DNA of 63,992 nt, filler included, from Sandaracinaceae bacterium (GTDB taxonomy: Bacteria; Myxococcota_A; Polyangia; Polyangiales; JADJQN01), in assembly GCA_947483975.1 (NCBI GenBank). It is 3 parts of 3 records of this genome, joined end to end, with 100 filler letters (N's around TTAATTAATTAA, not from the genome) between each part and the next. Parts side by side here need not be neighbours in the genome. Positions count along the whole stretch, not along the records: positions 27,409 to 54,406 come from CANKOL010000026.1; 2 more parts are not named here. One strand, 5' to 3'. Position numbers and translations under genes: made by a program. How positions within the stretch are numbered: the stretch's first letter is position 1; every line of letters begins with the position of its first letter. Shown here one piece after another: positions 40,596-54,273 of the stretch. The notes under the pieces were generated by a model. It made no database searches. It worked only from the letters and a program-made list of their open reading frames with translations, and was not told the origin of the DNA.

Positions 40596-42116
40596 TCAGA
40601 AGAAGCCGAGCTTGCTCTCGCTGTAGCTGACCAGCAGGTTCTTGGTCTGTTGGTAGTGATCCAACATCACCTTGTGCGTCTCGCGCCCGATGCCCGACTC
40701 CTTGTAACCACCGAACGCCGCGTGCGCGGGATAGGCGTGATAGCAGTTCGTCCAGACGCGCCCGGCCTTGATCGCGCGGCCCATGCGATAGGCCACGTTG
40801 CCATTGCGACTCCACACTCCGGCGCCTAGCCCATAGGCGGTGTCGTTGGCGATGGACAAGGCCTCTGCCTCGTCCTTGAAGGTCGTGACCGCGAGCACGG
40901 GGCCGAAGATCTCCTCTTGGAAGATCCGCATCTTGTTGTGGCCCTTGAACAGCGTGGGCTGGACGTAATAGCCACCTCCGAGCTCACCCTCGAGCTGCGC
41001 CTGTTCGCCGCCGATCAGCACCTCGGCGCCCTCCGCCTTACCAATCTCGAGATAGGAGAGGATCTTGGCGAGCTGCTCCTTCGACGCCTGCGCGCCCATC
41101 ATCGTGTCGGTGTCGAGCGGAGAGCCGTGCTTGATGGCCGCGACTCGCGCGAGGACGCGCTCCATGAAGCGCTCGTAGATGCTCTCTTGGATCAGGGCGC
41201 GCGACGGGCAGGTGCAGACTTCGCCCTGGTTGAAGGCGAACAGCACCAAGCCCTCGATCGCCTTGTCGAGGTAGCCGTCGTCCTGGTCCATCACATCCGC
41301 GAAGAAGATGTTGGGCGACTTGCCGCCTAGCTCCAGCGTCGCGGGGATCAGGTTGGTGGCGGCCGCCTGCGCGATCACGCGCCCCGTCGCCGTCGAGCCG
41401 GTGAACGCGATCTTGGCGATGCGCTTGCTGGTAGCGAGCGGCAGGCCGGCCTCACGCCCGTAGCCATTGACGATGTTGAGGACTCCGGGCGGCAGCAGAT
41501 CGGCGATCAGCTCCGCGACGATCAGGATGCTGATCGGCGTGGACTCCGCCGGCTTGAGCACCACGCAGTTGCCCGCGGCGAGCGCCGGGGCGAGCTTCCA
41601 CGCGGCCATCAGGATCGGGAAATTCCAGGGGATGATCTGCCCGACGACGCCGAGCGGCTCGTGCAGGTGATACGCGACGGTGGTCTCGTCGAGCTGGCTG
41701 AGGGCGCCCTCTTGGGCGCGCACGCAGCCCGCAAAATAGCGGAAGTGATCGATCGTCAGCGGGATGTCGGCGTTGAGCGTCTCGCGGATCGGCTTGCCGT
41801 TGTCCACCGTCTCGGCGTAGGCGAGCAGCTCGAGGTTGGCCTCGAGGCGATCGGCGATCTTGAGCAGGGCGTTGGAGCGGTCCGTCGGGGAGGTCTTGCC
41901 CCACGCATCGGCGGCCGCGTGCGCCGCGTCGAGCGCGAGCTCGATATCCGCCGCCGTCGAGCGCGCGGCCTGCGTGTAGACCTTGCCGCTCACCGGCGTG
42001 ATCACGTCGAAGTACTGCCCGTCGACCGGCGCGACGAACTTGCCGCCGATGAAATTGTCGTAGCGGGGCTTGTAGGTGAGCTTGGCTCCTGCGGAGCCTG
42101 GGGCGGCGTAAATCAT
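40596..42116 (-). CDS. aldB: NAD-dependent aldehyde dehydrogenase (AldB/ExaC/AcoD type)
   Basis: [37 protein letters not shown]. Confidence 0.95.
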   Translation of the reverse strand: MIYAAPGSAGAKLTYKPRYDNFIGGKFVAPVDGQYFDVITPVSGKVYTQAARSTAADIELALDAAHAAADAWGKTSPTDRSNALLKIADRLEANLELLAYAETVDNGKPIRETLNADIPLTIDHFRYFAGCVRAQEGALSQLDETTVAYHLHEPLGVVGQIIPWNFPILMAAWKLAPALAAGNCVVLKPAESTPISILIVAELIADLLPPGVLNIVNGYGREAGLPLATSKRIAKIAFTGSTATGRVIAQAAATNLIPATLELGGKSPNIFFADVMDQDDGYLDKAIEGLVLFAFNQGEVCTCPSRALIQESIYERFMERVLARVAAIKHGSPLDTDTMMGAQASKEQLAKILSYLEIGKAEGAEVLIGGEQAQLEGELGGGYYVQPTLFKGHNKMRIFQEEIFGPVLAVTTFKDEAEALSIANDTAYGLGAGVWSRNGNVAYRMGRAIKAGRVWTNCYHAYPAHAAFGGYKESGIGRETHKVMLDHYQQTKNLLVSYSESKLGFF

Positions 42117-42194
42117 CTGTGTCTCCCGAGCGGTGATGAGGGGTGTGGAGGGCGCGCCCCGAGGGTCACGCCAACCGTTCGCGCGGCGTGCTTG

Positions 42195-42210
42195 AGCACG
42201 GTGTGTGCCA
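42195..42210 (-). promoter_or_regulatory. sigma54 promoter of aldB
   Basis: Minus strand TGGCACACACCGTGCT (GG-N10-GC); divergent activator; TGTC-N11-GACA at 42287-42305 is a candidate UAS. Confidence 0.75.
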
Positions 42211-42444
42211 GTCCGTCGAATGAGCCGTGAATGGCGCCGGCGCGGTCGAAACCCACCCTGCGCGTCCGTCCGGGGCATACGCGCGCTGTCTCGCGCCACA
42301 GGACAGGCTGTGTCGAAACGGAACAACCTCCGCCCCAATCCGGGTCAAATCGGCCTGGGCGCTGTGGCACAATCCCCGATGCGCGGGCCCGCGGCGAGAG
42401 AGGCTGCGCGCGCGCTGCACACCCGATCGAGGAGACGAGCGACG

Positions 42445-44406
<1,962 letters not shown>

Positions 44407-44568
44407 ACGCGGGGGGGTGCGGTGGGGGCGCAGGACCTCGTCGCGCGCGCCGCGCTCCGCGTCGCCCCTCACTGTTTCGCTCCATATCCGTGGTTCCGGC
44501 ATTCAGCCCAGGCTCGTCCTGCCGATTTCCATCGTGGGCGCACGGCGCGCCCCCCCCCGGAACCGGCC

Positions 44569-45204
44569 ATGAAGCTCTTTCACCTGCCCTACAGCCACCA
44601 CTGCGCGAAGGTGCGCATCACGCTGCTCGAGAAGGGCATCGCCCACGAGCTGCCCCCACTCCCCGGCGGCTCGACGCGCTCGCCCGAGTTTCTCGCGCAG
44701 AACCCTCTCGGCAAGGTGCCGTTCATCGTGGACGGGGACGTCGCCCTCGCCGAGAGCGAGGTCATCGTCGAGTACCTCGAGGAGGCGTACCCCGAGCCGA
44801 CGATGCTGCCGAGCGGCGCGGCGAAGCGAGCCCACTCGCGCTGGCTCTCGCGCTTTCACGACCTGTACTTCGGCAAGCAGCTCAGCACGCTCTACTTCGC
44901 CCTCAACGACGGCCGCCGCGACGACCCCGCGATGGTCGCGGAGGTGGACGAGCTCTACCGCCTCACCGACGTCCTCGAGGCGGCGATCGAGCCTGCGCCG
45001 TTCTTCTTCGGGGAGACGTTCGGCCTGGCCGATGCGTCGTTCGCGCTGAGCGTGCTCTACCTGAAGATGCTTACCGAGGCGTACGGCCGCCCGCTCCCCC
45101 CCGAGCGCGCGCCGAAGCTCCTCGCGTGGTTCGACGCCGCAGGGCGCCGCCCGTCCGTGGCCAAGGTGATCGCCGACTGCCAGGCCGCGCTCGGCGGCGC
45201 CTAA
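44569..45204 (+). CDS. Glutathione S-transferase
   Basis: KVRITLLEKG, NPLGKVP, LAESEVIVEYLEE, FGLAD. Confidence 0.92.
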   Translation: MKLFHLPYSHHCAKVRITLLEKGIAHELPPLPGGSTRSPEFLAQNPLGKVPFIVDGDVALAESEVIVEYLEEAYPEPTMLPSGAAKRAHSRWLSRFHDLYFGKQLSTLYFALNDGRRDDPAMVAEVDELYRLTDVLEAAIEPAPFFFGETFGLADASFALSVLYLKMLTEAYGRPLPPERAPKLLAWFDAAGRRPSVAKVIADCQAALGGA

Positions 45205-45212
45205 GCGACAGA

Positions 45213-47849
45213 GTGACCCGCGCTGCCCAGCTCCGCGTGGGGGATCTCGAGAGGCTCGCCTGGATGCAGGCGCCTCTCTGGGTCTTCGACGTGGAGGCGC
45301 GGGGGATGGTGTGGGCCAACCCCGCGGGCCTCGAGCTCTGGGGCGCCGCGAACCTCGACGAGCTCCGCGCGCGTGACTTCTCGGATATGTCGGACGCAGC
45401 GGTCACGCGCTTTCGCGCGGCGCTCGCCCGGATGGCCGCAGGCGAGGTGCTGCACGAGCAGTGGACGCTGTATCCGAAGGGTAAGCCGACCACGGTGAGC
45501 GTGACGCGCGTGGCGATCGAGCTCGAGGACGGATCGCTCGCCAGCCTGCAGGAGGCGCAGCCCGCGGCGTTGGTCGACCCGGAGACGCTCCGCGCGGTGG
45601 AGGCGCTGCACCACACGCAGCTGCGCATCGCGCTCTTTCGTCGCGACGGCGCCGTCGTGCTGGAGAACCCCGCCGCGTCGAGCACGTTCGGGCTCCTCGA
45701 GGGCGGGCCCGAGCGCGACTCGTTCGCGGCGCTGTTCGACGACGCCGAGGACGCCGCGCGAGCCCGCGTCATCCTCGCTGAGGGCGCGGTCTACTCGGCC
45801 GAGGTCCCCCTCGCGACGGTGGGTGGGGCGCGCTGGCACGGGATCGACGCGAGGACGGTGCTCGACCCGGTCACCGGCGCGCCGCTCACGCTCGTCAACG
45901 CGCGCGACATCGAGGACAGGCGCTCCGCGGAGGCCGCGCTGCTCCGATCCGTCGAGAGCCAGAAGCGCTTTCTCGCCGCGATCTCCCACGAGATCCGCAC
46001 GCCGCTCAACTCCGTCGTGGGCTTCGTCGAGCTCCTGCGTGGGACCCAGCTCAACGAACGGCAGCGCCGCTTCGCAGGCAACGCGCACCTGAGCGCGCAG
46101 CACCTCCTGGCGCTCGTGACCGACGTGCTCGACGTGTCCAAGGTCCAGGCCGAGCAGCTGGAGCTCGCGCGCGACGAGCTCGACCTCGAGGACGTCTTGG
46201 TCGAGTCGGTCGTCATCGCCTCCACGCGGGTCCGCCCCGGCGTCGACCTCAGCTATTCGCTCCCGGAGCTCGACAGCGCCGTCATCGGGGACCGCGTCAG
46301 GCTGACGCAGATCTTCGTCAATTTGCTGGGGAACGCCGCCAAATTCACCGAGACGGGCTTCGTCCGCCTCCGGCTCGTCGAGCGCGAGAGTGCAGGCCCC
46401 GAGGGCGCAGTGAGCCTCGAGATCACCATCGAGGACTCGGGCATCGGCATCCCGGAGGCCAAGCTCCCCGACCTGTTCACGGCGTTCGGCCAGGCGCACG
46501 GCTCCAAGCTCGGCGGCACCGGGCTCGGGCTCTTCCTCTCGCGCTCCCTGGCGCGGCTGATGGGTGGGGACATCCGCGTCGAGAGCGCGGTCGGCTCGGG
46601 CAGCCGCTTCACCGTCGCGCTGACGCTCCCTCGGGGCGCGTCTCGGACCGAGGGCCGCGGCCTCGCGGGCCAGCGCGTGCTGCTGCTCACCCGCGACGAG
46701 GGCCTGGCCCTGGTGCTGTCGGAGGGCTTCCACGGCTGGGGCGCGGAGATCGTCACCTCGCCCGCGCCCACGACGAGCGACGCGCTGCGGCTGTGCCTCG
46801 ACACGGGGGCTCGGTGCGACGTCATCGTGCTCGACTTCGAGCTCTCCCCGTCCGCGCGCGCCATCGCGGCGTTGCTCCGCGAACACTGCCCCAAGGCGAA
46901 GCTCGTCGGCCTGCTCGCGCGCCCCGAGGGCGACAGCTTGCCGGTCGACGTCGTGATGACGAAGCCGTTCTCCTTCTATCGGCTGACGAAGCTGCTCGAG
47001 GCGGCGAGCGCGGGCCTCGCCGAGGTTCCGGAGGCGGGCGACCTCCGGGGGATGCGGGTCCTCGTCGCCGAGGACGTGGACATGAACATCGACCTCCTGC
47101 GGGAGATGTTTCAGAGCTGGTACGGGCTCGGCTTCGACGTCGCCCGCGACGGCGAGGAGGCGGTCGCGAAGGTGCGCGCCAACGGCTACGACCTCGTGCT
47201 GATGGACCTGCAGATGCCTCGCGTCGACGGGGTCGAGGCCACTCGGAGGATCCGCGAGGCGGGCCTTCGCGTGCCTATCGTGGCGCTCACCGCCAGCGCC
47301 ATGTCCGACGACATGGAGCGGGCGCGCGCCGCGGGCGTGGATGGCTACATGACGAAGCCGGTGCGGCGCCTGGAGCTCACCCGCGCGCTGCAGCGGTACG
47401 CACCGGCGCAGGACGAGGGGTCGCGCCTCAGCCGGCCTCCCCGCGTGGCGCGCCCGTCCTCGGTCGTGCCGGTCCACGTCCGCGCGCCCTCGCTCGGGCT
47501 CCTCCGCGACGCCGCGTCGCCGGTCGCGGACCTCGTCGCCATCGCCCGCGCACACTTCGAGTCCATCTTCGACTCGACCCGCGCTCAGCGGCTGGTCGCG
47601 AGCTCGAGTCAGGGCGTGCGCTCCGGGCTCGAGCGCCTCGACGAGGTGCGCGCCGCGGGCGACCTCGAGGAGCTCGGGCGGGCGCTGCACGTCCTCAAAG
47701 GCCTGCTCCTCAACAGCGGCCTCCTGGCGCACGGCGAGCGAGCGTCCGAGCTCGAGCAGCTCGCGAGGGCCGGGCGCGCGCCCGAGCCGACCGTTCTCGA
47801 TCAGCTCGCGGCCGAGCTACGACCCTACTCCCGAGCAGAGGCCCCATGA
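45213..47849 (+). CDS. Hybrid histidine kinase (PAS-PAS-HisKA-HATPase-REC-REC-HPt)
   Basis: ISHEIRTPLN, NLLGNAAKFT, GGTGLGL, LMDLQMP, ALHVLKG (HPt); start approximate. Confidence 0.9.
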   Translation: MTRAAQLRVGDLERLAWMQAPLWVFDVEARGMVWANPAGLELWGAANLDELRARDFSDMSDAAVTRFRAALARMAAGEVLHEQWTLYPKGKPTTVSVTRVAIELEDGSLASLQEAQPAALVDPETLRAVEALHHTQLRIALFRRDGAVVLENPAASSTFGLLEGGPERDSFAALFDDAEDAARARVILAEGAVYSAEVPLATVGGARWHGIDARTVLDPVTGAPLTLVNARDIEDRRSAEAALLRSVESQKRFLAAISHEIRTPLNSVVGFVELLRGTQLNERQRRFAGNAHLSAQHLLALVTDVLDVSKVQAEQLELARDELDLEDVLVESVVIASTRVRPGVDLSYSLPELDSAVIGDRVRLTQIFVNLLGNAAKFTETGFVRLRLVERESAGPEGAVSLEITIEDSGIGIPEAKLPDLFTAFGQAHGSKLGGTGLGLFLSRSLARLMGGDIRVESAVGSGSRFTVALTLPRGASRTEGRGLAGQRVLLLTRDEGLALVLSEGFHGWGAEIVTSPAPTTSDALRLCLDTGARCDVIVLDFELSPSARAIAALLREHCPKAKLVGLLARPEGDSLPVDVVMTKPFSFYRLTKLLEAASAGLAEVPEAGDLRGMRVLVAEDVDMNIDLLREMFQSWYGLGFDVARDGEEAVAKVRANGYDLVLMDLQMPRVDGVEATRRIREAGLRVPIVALTASAMSDDMERARAAGVDGYMTKPVRRLELTRALQRYAPAQDEGSRLSRPPRVARPSSVVPVHVRAPSLGLLRDAASPVADLVAIARAHFESIFDSTRAQRLVASSSQGVRSGLERLDEVRAAGDLEELGRALHVLKGLLLNSGLLAHGERASELEQLARAGRAPEPTVLDQLAAELRPYSRAEAP

Positions 47850-48934
47850 CCTTCCCCCCGAGCCCCGGCAGGATCCTCGCGGTCGACGACGTCGAGTTCA
47901 ACCTCGACCTGCTCGCGGCGGTGTTCGAGGAGGGCGAGCCTCAGGTCGAGCTCATCCGCGCGACCAATGGTCGGCGCGCGCTGGAGCTGCTCGCGGAGAG
48001 CCCGGGCGTCGACGTCGTGCTGCTCGATCTCGAGATGCCCGGGATGTCCGGCTACGAGGTGCTCGAGGCGGTGCGCGCGGCGCCCGACGAGAGCCTCCGG
48101 CGCATCCCCATCCTCGTGCTCACCGCGAACGCCGACGAGAAGAAGCGCGCGCTCTTGCTCGGCGCCAACGACTTCATCAGCAAGCCCTTCGACGCCGAGG
48201 AGCTCCGGCTCCGCTGCGTGAACTACCTCGAGATCCGGCAGCACCACGAGCTGCTCCGCAACATGCGCAGCGCGCTCGAAGAGGAGGTGGCCCGCCGGAC
48301 GGCCGACCTCGCGGAGGCGCTCCGCCGGGCCAGCCACAACGCGTACGAGATCTCCTTCCGCCTCGCGCGAGCGTCGGAGTACCGCGACTCCGACACCGGC
48401 GCGCACCTCGTGCGGATGAGCCGCTGCTCCGCGCGCCTCGCGGAGCTCGCCGGCTTCCCCGCCGCGGAGGTCGAGCTGATCCTGCACTCCGCGCCGCTGC
48501 ACGACGTCGGCAAGATCGGCATCGACGACGCGATCATGCGCAAGCCCGGTAAGCTCACGCCCGAGGAGTTCACCGCCATGAAGCGGCACACCCTCCTCGG
48601 CGCCTCGATCCTCGCCGACCCGGGGGAGTGCACGCTCGTCGAGGCGGGCCGCATCATCGCCGAGCAGCACCACGAGAAGTGGGACGGCAGCGGCTACCCG
48701 TACGGCCTCGTCGGCGAGCAGATCCAGCGGTCGGCGCGCGTCGTGGCGATCTGCGACGTCTTCGACGCGCTCATCTCGGCGCGCGTCTACAAGCCCGCGC
48801 TGCCGGTGGAGCAGGCCGTGGAGATCCTCCGCGAGGGCCGAGGCAAGCACTTCGACCCTGCGCTCCTCGACGTGTTCCTCGGCGCGCTCGACGACTTCGT
48901 CGAGATCTCGCGCCAGCACGTCGACGAGGGGTGA
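47846..48934 (+). CDS. Response regulator with HD-GYP cyclic-dinucleotide phosphodiesterase domain (RpfG-like)
   Basis: LLDLEMP receiver; LHDVGKIG; HHEKWDGSGYP; ATGA-coupled to the kinase. Confidence 0.93.
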   Translation: MTFPPSPGRILAVDDVEFNLDLLAAVFEEGEPQVELIRATNGRRALELLAESPGVDVVLLDLEMPGMSGYEVLEAVRAAPDESLRRIPILVLTANADEKKRALLLGANDFISKPFDAEELRLRCVNYLEIRQHHELLRNMRSALEEEVARRTADLAEALRRASHNAYEISFRLARASEYRDSDTGAHLVRMSRCSARLAELAGFPAAEVELILHSAPLHDVGKIGIDDAIMRKPGKLTPEEFTAMKRHTLLGASILADPGECTLVEAGRIIAEQHHEKWDGSGYPYGLVGEQIQRSARVVAICDVFDALISARVYKPALPVEQAVEILREGRGKHFDPALLDVFLGALDDFVEISRQHVDEG

Positions 48935-49140
48935 GCGATCGACGCCCGATCACGTCGAGCGCGAGCCGCGTCCGCTGACAGCCCGAGCGAGCGCCCACAG
49001 TGCAGGAGCGCGCGGCGCGAGGTCACCGCAGCGAGCTGAGCCCACGCGCGCTCCGCCGCGCTCCGGTGTGCCACGCGCCCGGCGAGGAAGACCGCGTCGA
49101 CGTGCTCCCGAGGCGCGATGAGCTCCGGCTCGAGTACCTC

Positions 49141-49428
49141 GGCAAGGCCGCGGTGAAGAGCGGCCGGGCGGCGTCCCTCAGCGCCTGGGTGAACACGGCG
49201 CTGGTCGAGCGCGCGGCCACGGAGCGGCGCCTCGCCGCGATGGGGGACGCGATCGCCGCGTACGAGGCGGAGTTCGGCGAGATCAGCGCCGCGGAGCTTC
49301 TCGCACAGCAACGCGCCGACCGGCGCTCGGCCGTGCTCGTCGGGCCGATGGCCCCCGTGGCGAGCAGGCGACGCGCGGTCCCGAAGCCGAAGGTCGCCGC
49401 GCCTCGTGCCCCTCGGCGGACGGCGTGA
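49141..49428 (+). pseudogene. Antitoxin partner of PIN toxin, apparently 5'-truncated
   Basis: AVKSGRAASLSAWVNTAL..AIAAYEAEFGEIS; GTGA overlap with PIN gene; no credible N-terminus or RBS upstream. Confidence 0.55.
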
Positions 49429-49829
49429 AGCTCGTGCTCGACGCTGGCGCGCTCATCGCGCTCGACCGCAACGACCGCGCGATGTGGCGTCGGCTCAAGG
49501 CCGCGCACCTCGCCGGCGTGCTCGCCGTCACTCACGGGGGCGTGGTCGGTCAGGCGTGGCGCGGAGGCGGCGTGCGTCAGGCCTCGCTCGCCCGAGCGCT
49601 CGCGGCGCTCGAGGTGCGCGCCCTCGACGAGAGCCTCGGGCGCGAGGCGGGCAAGCTCCTGGCGCGCGCCGGGCGCTCGGACGTGGCGCGCGCCGGGCGC
49701 TCGGACGTGGTCGACGCGGCGCTCGTCCTGCTGGCGGACGACGACGACCAGATCGTCACGTCCGATGCCGGCGACCTCGCGCCCCTCGCGCAGGCCGCAG
49801 GCCGACATCTCGAGCTGCTCCCCGTCTGA
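49425..49829 (+). CDS. PIN-domain (VapC-like) toxin with internal 8-aa duplication
   Basis: LVLDAGALIA, SDVVDAA, IVTSD; ARAGRSDV duplicated. Confidence 0.8.
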   Translation: MKLVLDAGALIALDRNDRAMWRRLKAAHLAGVLAVTHGGVVGQAWRGGGVRQASLARALAALEVRALDESLGREAGKLLARAGRSDVARAGRSDVVDAALVLLADDDDQIVTSDAGDLAPLAQAAGRHLELLPV

Positions 49830-49867
49830 ACGGACGCGAGAGACGCGTCTGTTCGGAGGTCGACCCT

Positions 49868-49986
49868 GCGCACGCGCTGCGGGGCCCCGAGGCGCTCGGC
49901 AAGCGCGTGCGCGGTCGCCGCGACCTCGGCGCCGAGCGACCCCAGGCCCCCGATCAAGAGCACCCAGCGCAGCGACAGCGGCACGA
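49868..49986 (-). pseudogene. Degenerate copy of the 3' part of the YihY gene
   Basis: Ungapped match to 51297-51415, about 13 mismatches in 119 nt by hand. Confidence 0.85.
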
Positions 49987-50177
49987 TCCCCGCTGCAAGT
50001 GGCGCCAACAGCTGCCTCTTCACCTCCGCGAAGGACGACGCGCACCTCGGGGACACGAACGGCGACGGCAGCGCCACTGGCCCGAGCGACGCCGACTGGA
50101 GCGGCGTCAACCTATGCCGAGGCGGGCCGTGCGAGCGGGCCACTTGGAGCGACATCCTCTACGCAGACCGCAAGTGA
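49986..50177 (+). pseudogene. C-terminal fragment of a secreted beta-helix-type protein
   Basis: LFTSAKDDAHLGDTNGDGSATGPSDADWSGV then stop at 50177; no start codon. Confidence 0.55.
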
Positions 50178-50253
50178 GGCTCAGCGGCCGTGCGGGCCCG
50201 TCGTCGCGGGGTCGCCAGCGCCCGCTGACGCGGCGCGTGGTAGCGTCCCGCTC

Positions 50254-50856
50254 GTGCAGGAGCCGCTCGCGCGCTATCCGGTCCGGACGCCCGCGTGGGT
50301 CTGGGGCGCCTTCGCGCTCACGGCGCTCGCGACGGCGACGCTCGCGTGGCAAGCGGGGCTGCTCCCCGCGCCGGGACTTCCGCTGTCGCTCGCGCTGCTC
50401 GCGCTGCTCTCGCTGCCGATGGTGCTCGTGGTCTGGAGCAGCCGCCCCTATCGCGTCGGCGGCGCGAGCGTCGAGGTCTACGCAGATCGCGTCGAGATCC
50501 CGCGCCCATTCCGTGGACACCTCGCGTTTCCGCTCGACACGCTCCGGGTCTCGCGCCTGCGCGTCATACAGAGCCTCACGGTGATGCACCTGCCGACGGG
50601 CGTGCAGCTCGACCGCGGTGAGCTCGTCACCTTCCTCGCGCCGGGCATGCCGAGCCGCCGCCTCTCCGATCGCGTCTTCATCGAGCCGGGGAGTCTGTCT
50701 CAGCTCCTCGCGGACCTCACCGCCGCCTCGAAGGGAGAGCCCGCGCGCGGGCCCGAGGGTTGGACCAAGCTCTTCCGCGAGCTAGACGCCGTCGTGCGAG
50801 CGCAGACTCCCATCGATCCACGGGACGCCGAGCTCGACGCGGAGCTGCGGCGCTGA
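50254..50856 (+). CDS. Hypothetical membrane protein
   Basis: Two N-terminal TM helices then soluble domain; TGGTAGCGT box 7 nt before GTG. Confidence 0.65.
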   Translation: MQEPLARYPVRTPAWVWGAFALTALATATLAWQAGLLPAPGLPLSLALLALLSLPMVLVVWSSRPYRVGGASVEVYADRVEIPRPFRGHLAFPLDTLRVSRLRVIQSLTVMHLPTGVQLDRGELVTFLAPGMPSRRLSDRVFIEPGSLSQLLADLTAASKGEPARGPEGWTKLFRELDAVVRAQTPIDPRDAELDAELRR

Positions 50857-50975
50857 TTCGCCCTCAGGCGACCGCGGCGTCGAGGAGCGTCGAGCGGCGG
50901 CCGCGACTCGCGGGGTCGGCGCCCAATGGTGGACGGCGCGCGTGCCCGTGGAGCGCGAAGACGCCGGACGAGCCG

Positions 50976-51182
50976 GCCGTCGGTACCGCGCGCACGCTCG
51001 CCCTCCTCACGGACATCGTCATTCCAGCGGGCGTCATCCTCGCCGGCATTGGGCTCACGCTGATGCTCACCGGACGTGACGAGCAGTCCCCCGGCGACGA
51101 CGGGCAGCGCGCGGCTTCCCTGACGCTCGCTCCGCTCGTCGGCCCAGGGTTCGTCGGCCTCGGCGCGGGCGGGACGTTCTGA
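50976..51182 (+). pseudogene. C-terminal fragment of a PEGA/TPR-type protein
   Basis: LALLTDIVIPAGVILAGIGLTLML..LAPLVGPGFVGLGAGGTF*, the same kind of tail as 20494-21609; 5' boundary approximate. Confidence 0.5.
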
Positions 51183-51218
51183 GCGACCACGCGCGTCGCC
51201 CGGCCACCGCTCTTCGGC

Positions 51219-52247
51219 TCACCCCGCCGCGCGCCCGCGGCCGTGCTGCGCGACCTTGCGCCGCAGGCGTCGCCGCCAGCTCCGGACGATCACTCGGCGC
51301 ACGCGCGGCGGGGCCCCGAGGCGCTCGGCAAGCTCGTGCGCGGTCGCCGCGACCTCGGCCCCGAGCAGCACGAGGATCCAGATCAAGAGCACCCAGAGCA
51401 GCAGCAGCGGCACGAAGGCGACCGCGCCCCACACGAGGTGAATCCCGCGCCCGAGATACGTGACGTACAGGCTGAAGCCGAGCTTGCCCGCCTCGAGGAG
51501 CACCGCGGCGACGACCGCGCCGAGGAGCGCGTGTCGCCGGCTGACGTGTCGCCCCGGCAGGTACGCGTAGACGAGATAGAGCACGCCCGCGCTGACGAGC
51601 AGCGGACCGAGGTGCATGTCGACGAGCGAGTACGCCGCGCCGCTGCCGAAGCGCGGCACGTAGCGCGCGCTCAGCACGGCGAGCATCGGCGCCCCGAGGG
51701 CGAGCCCCGAGTGCACCAAGAAGCGCAGCGAGAACGCCGCCTGCGGCGGCGCGCGGAAGACGTCGGCGAGCGCGCCCTCGACCTGCCGGACGAGGCTCGT
51801 CATCACGGGCAGCAGCAGCAAGATGCCGAGGATCCCGGCCGTCGAGACCTCGGTGCGCGTGATCAGGGGCGTGACCGCGTCGATGGCGGCGTCCGTCGCG
51901 CGCGGGAAGTAGCGGTCCGCGACGAAGCGCACGACCGCCTGCGAGCCGGACTGACTGCCGAAGCGCGAGAGCGCGGCGAACGTCGCCGCGAGGATCGGCA
52001 CGACGCTGAGCAGCGTGTAGAACGCGAGCGCCGCCGCGCGCTGCGGCACGCGGTCGGCGATCACGCGCCGCACGATGCGAAAGACGAACCGCAGCCCGAT
52101 GGTCGCGCGCGTCGTCCACGGGTGCCGCGCGCGGTCCGCCGGCGGCGGCAGCATCGACCGCCGGGCGTACGCGCGCGCGCTCCGAAATGTCGTCCGCATC
52201 GTGCGGTTGGCGGGGTCGAGCTTCGGAGTGGGGGGCGTGTCGCTCAC
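51219..52247 (-). CDS. YihY/BrkB family inner-membrane protein
   Basis: RAAALAFYTLLSVVP, LYLVYAYLP, WGAVAFVPLLLLWV..LLGAEV. Confidence 0.9.
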   Translation of the reverse strand: MSDTPPTPKLDPANRTMRTTFRSARAYARRSMLPPPADRARHPWTTRATIGLRFVFRIVRRVIADRVPQRAAALAFYTLLSVVPILAATFAALSRFGSQSGSQAVVRFVADRYFPRATDAAIDAVTPLITRTEVSTAGILGILLLLPVMTSLVRQVEGALADVFRAPPQAAFSLRFLVHSGLALGAPMLAVLSARYVPRFGSGAAYSLVDMHLGPLLVSAGVLYLVYAYLPGRHVSRRHALLGAVVAAVLLEAGKLGFSLYVTYLGRGIHLVWGAVAFVPLLLLWVLLIWILVLLGAEVAATAHELAERLGAPPRVRRVIVRSWRRRLRRKVAQHGRGRAAG

Positions 52248-52482
52248 GGGAGGGTCGCGGCGAGCACGCTATCACGCCGGGCCCGACCGACACGGCCGCG
52301 GTCGCTCCCGCCCTCAGCGCGTGATGAACGGCGAGTTCCCCGGCAGCCCGGGCCCGATGGGCGCCGCCACAAAAACCGTCGCGGCCGCGGGCACCGTCAC
52401 GCCAGCAGACGCCGTCGCCGCAGGCGTGCCCAGGCCACCCAACCCGACCGGCGCGGCCGTCGGCGCGGCGCAGCAAACCGAC

Positions 52483-52546
52483 AGCAAACCGACCAAGGTT
52501 GGGCTTCGATCCCTAGCAAACCGACCAAGGTTGAGCTTCGATCCCT
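52483..52546. repeat. Tandem 32-bp repeat AGCAAACCGACCAAGGTTGRGCTTCGATCCCT x2
   Basis: 52483-52514 and 52515-52546, one mismatch; partial CAGCAAACCGA at 52471. Confidence 0.93.
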
Positions 52547-52617
52547 CGTCGCGCTCGGCAAATGACAACCTGGACGCCTCGTCGCCACCATGTCACAAGC
52601 CTCGACATGGTGTCCCA

Positions 52618-54069
<1,452 letters not shown>

Positions 54070-54245
54070 CCGCGGGGACCCGCCGCCGAGTCCAGATTTT
54101 CCGCGTGCCAGTTTGTCAGCGCCGGGCCCCAACCTCGGTCGGTCCCTGCCAGCTTGTCGAGCCTGGCCCGAGCGCACCCCGGACCGACGCCGGGGCCGCC
54201 CCCAAAACCACCGGGATCTCCTTTCTTCTTCGCAGTTTCTGCGCT

Positions 54246-54261
54246 AGGCACGCGCCCTGCT
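54246..54261 (+). promoter_or_regulatory. Putative sigma54 promoter
   Basis: AGGCACGCGCCCTGCT (GG-N10-GC), 13 nt before GTG 54274, directly downstream of a sigma54 activator gene. Confidence 0.65.
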
Positions 54262-54273
54262 AAGGGAGGCAAT

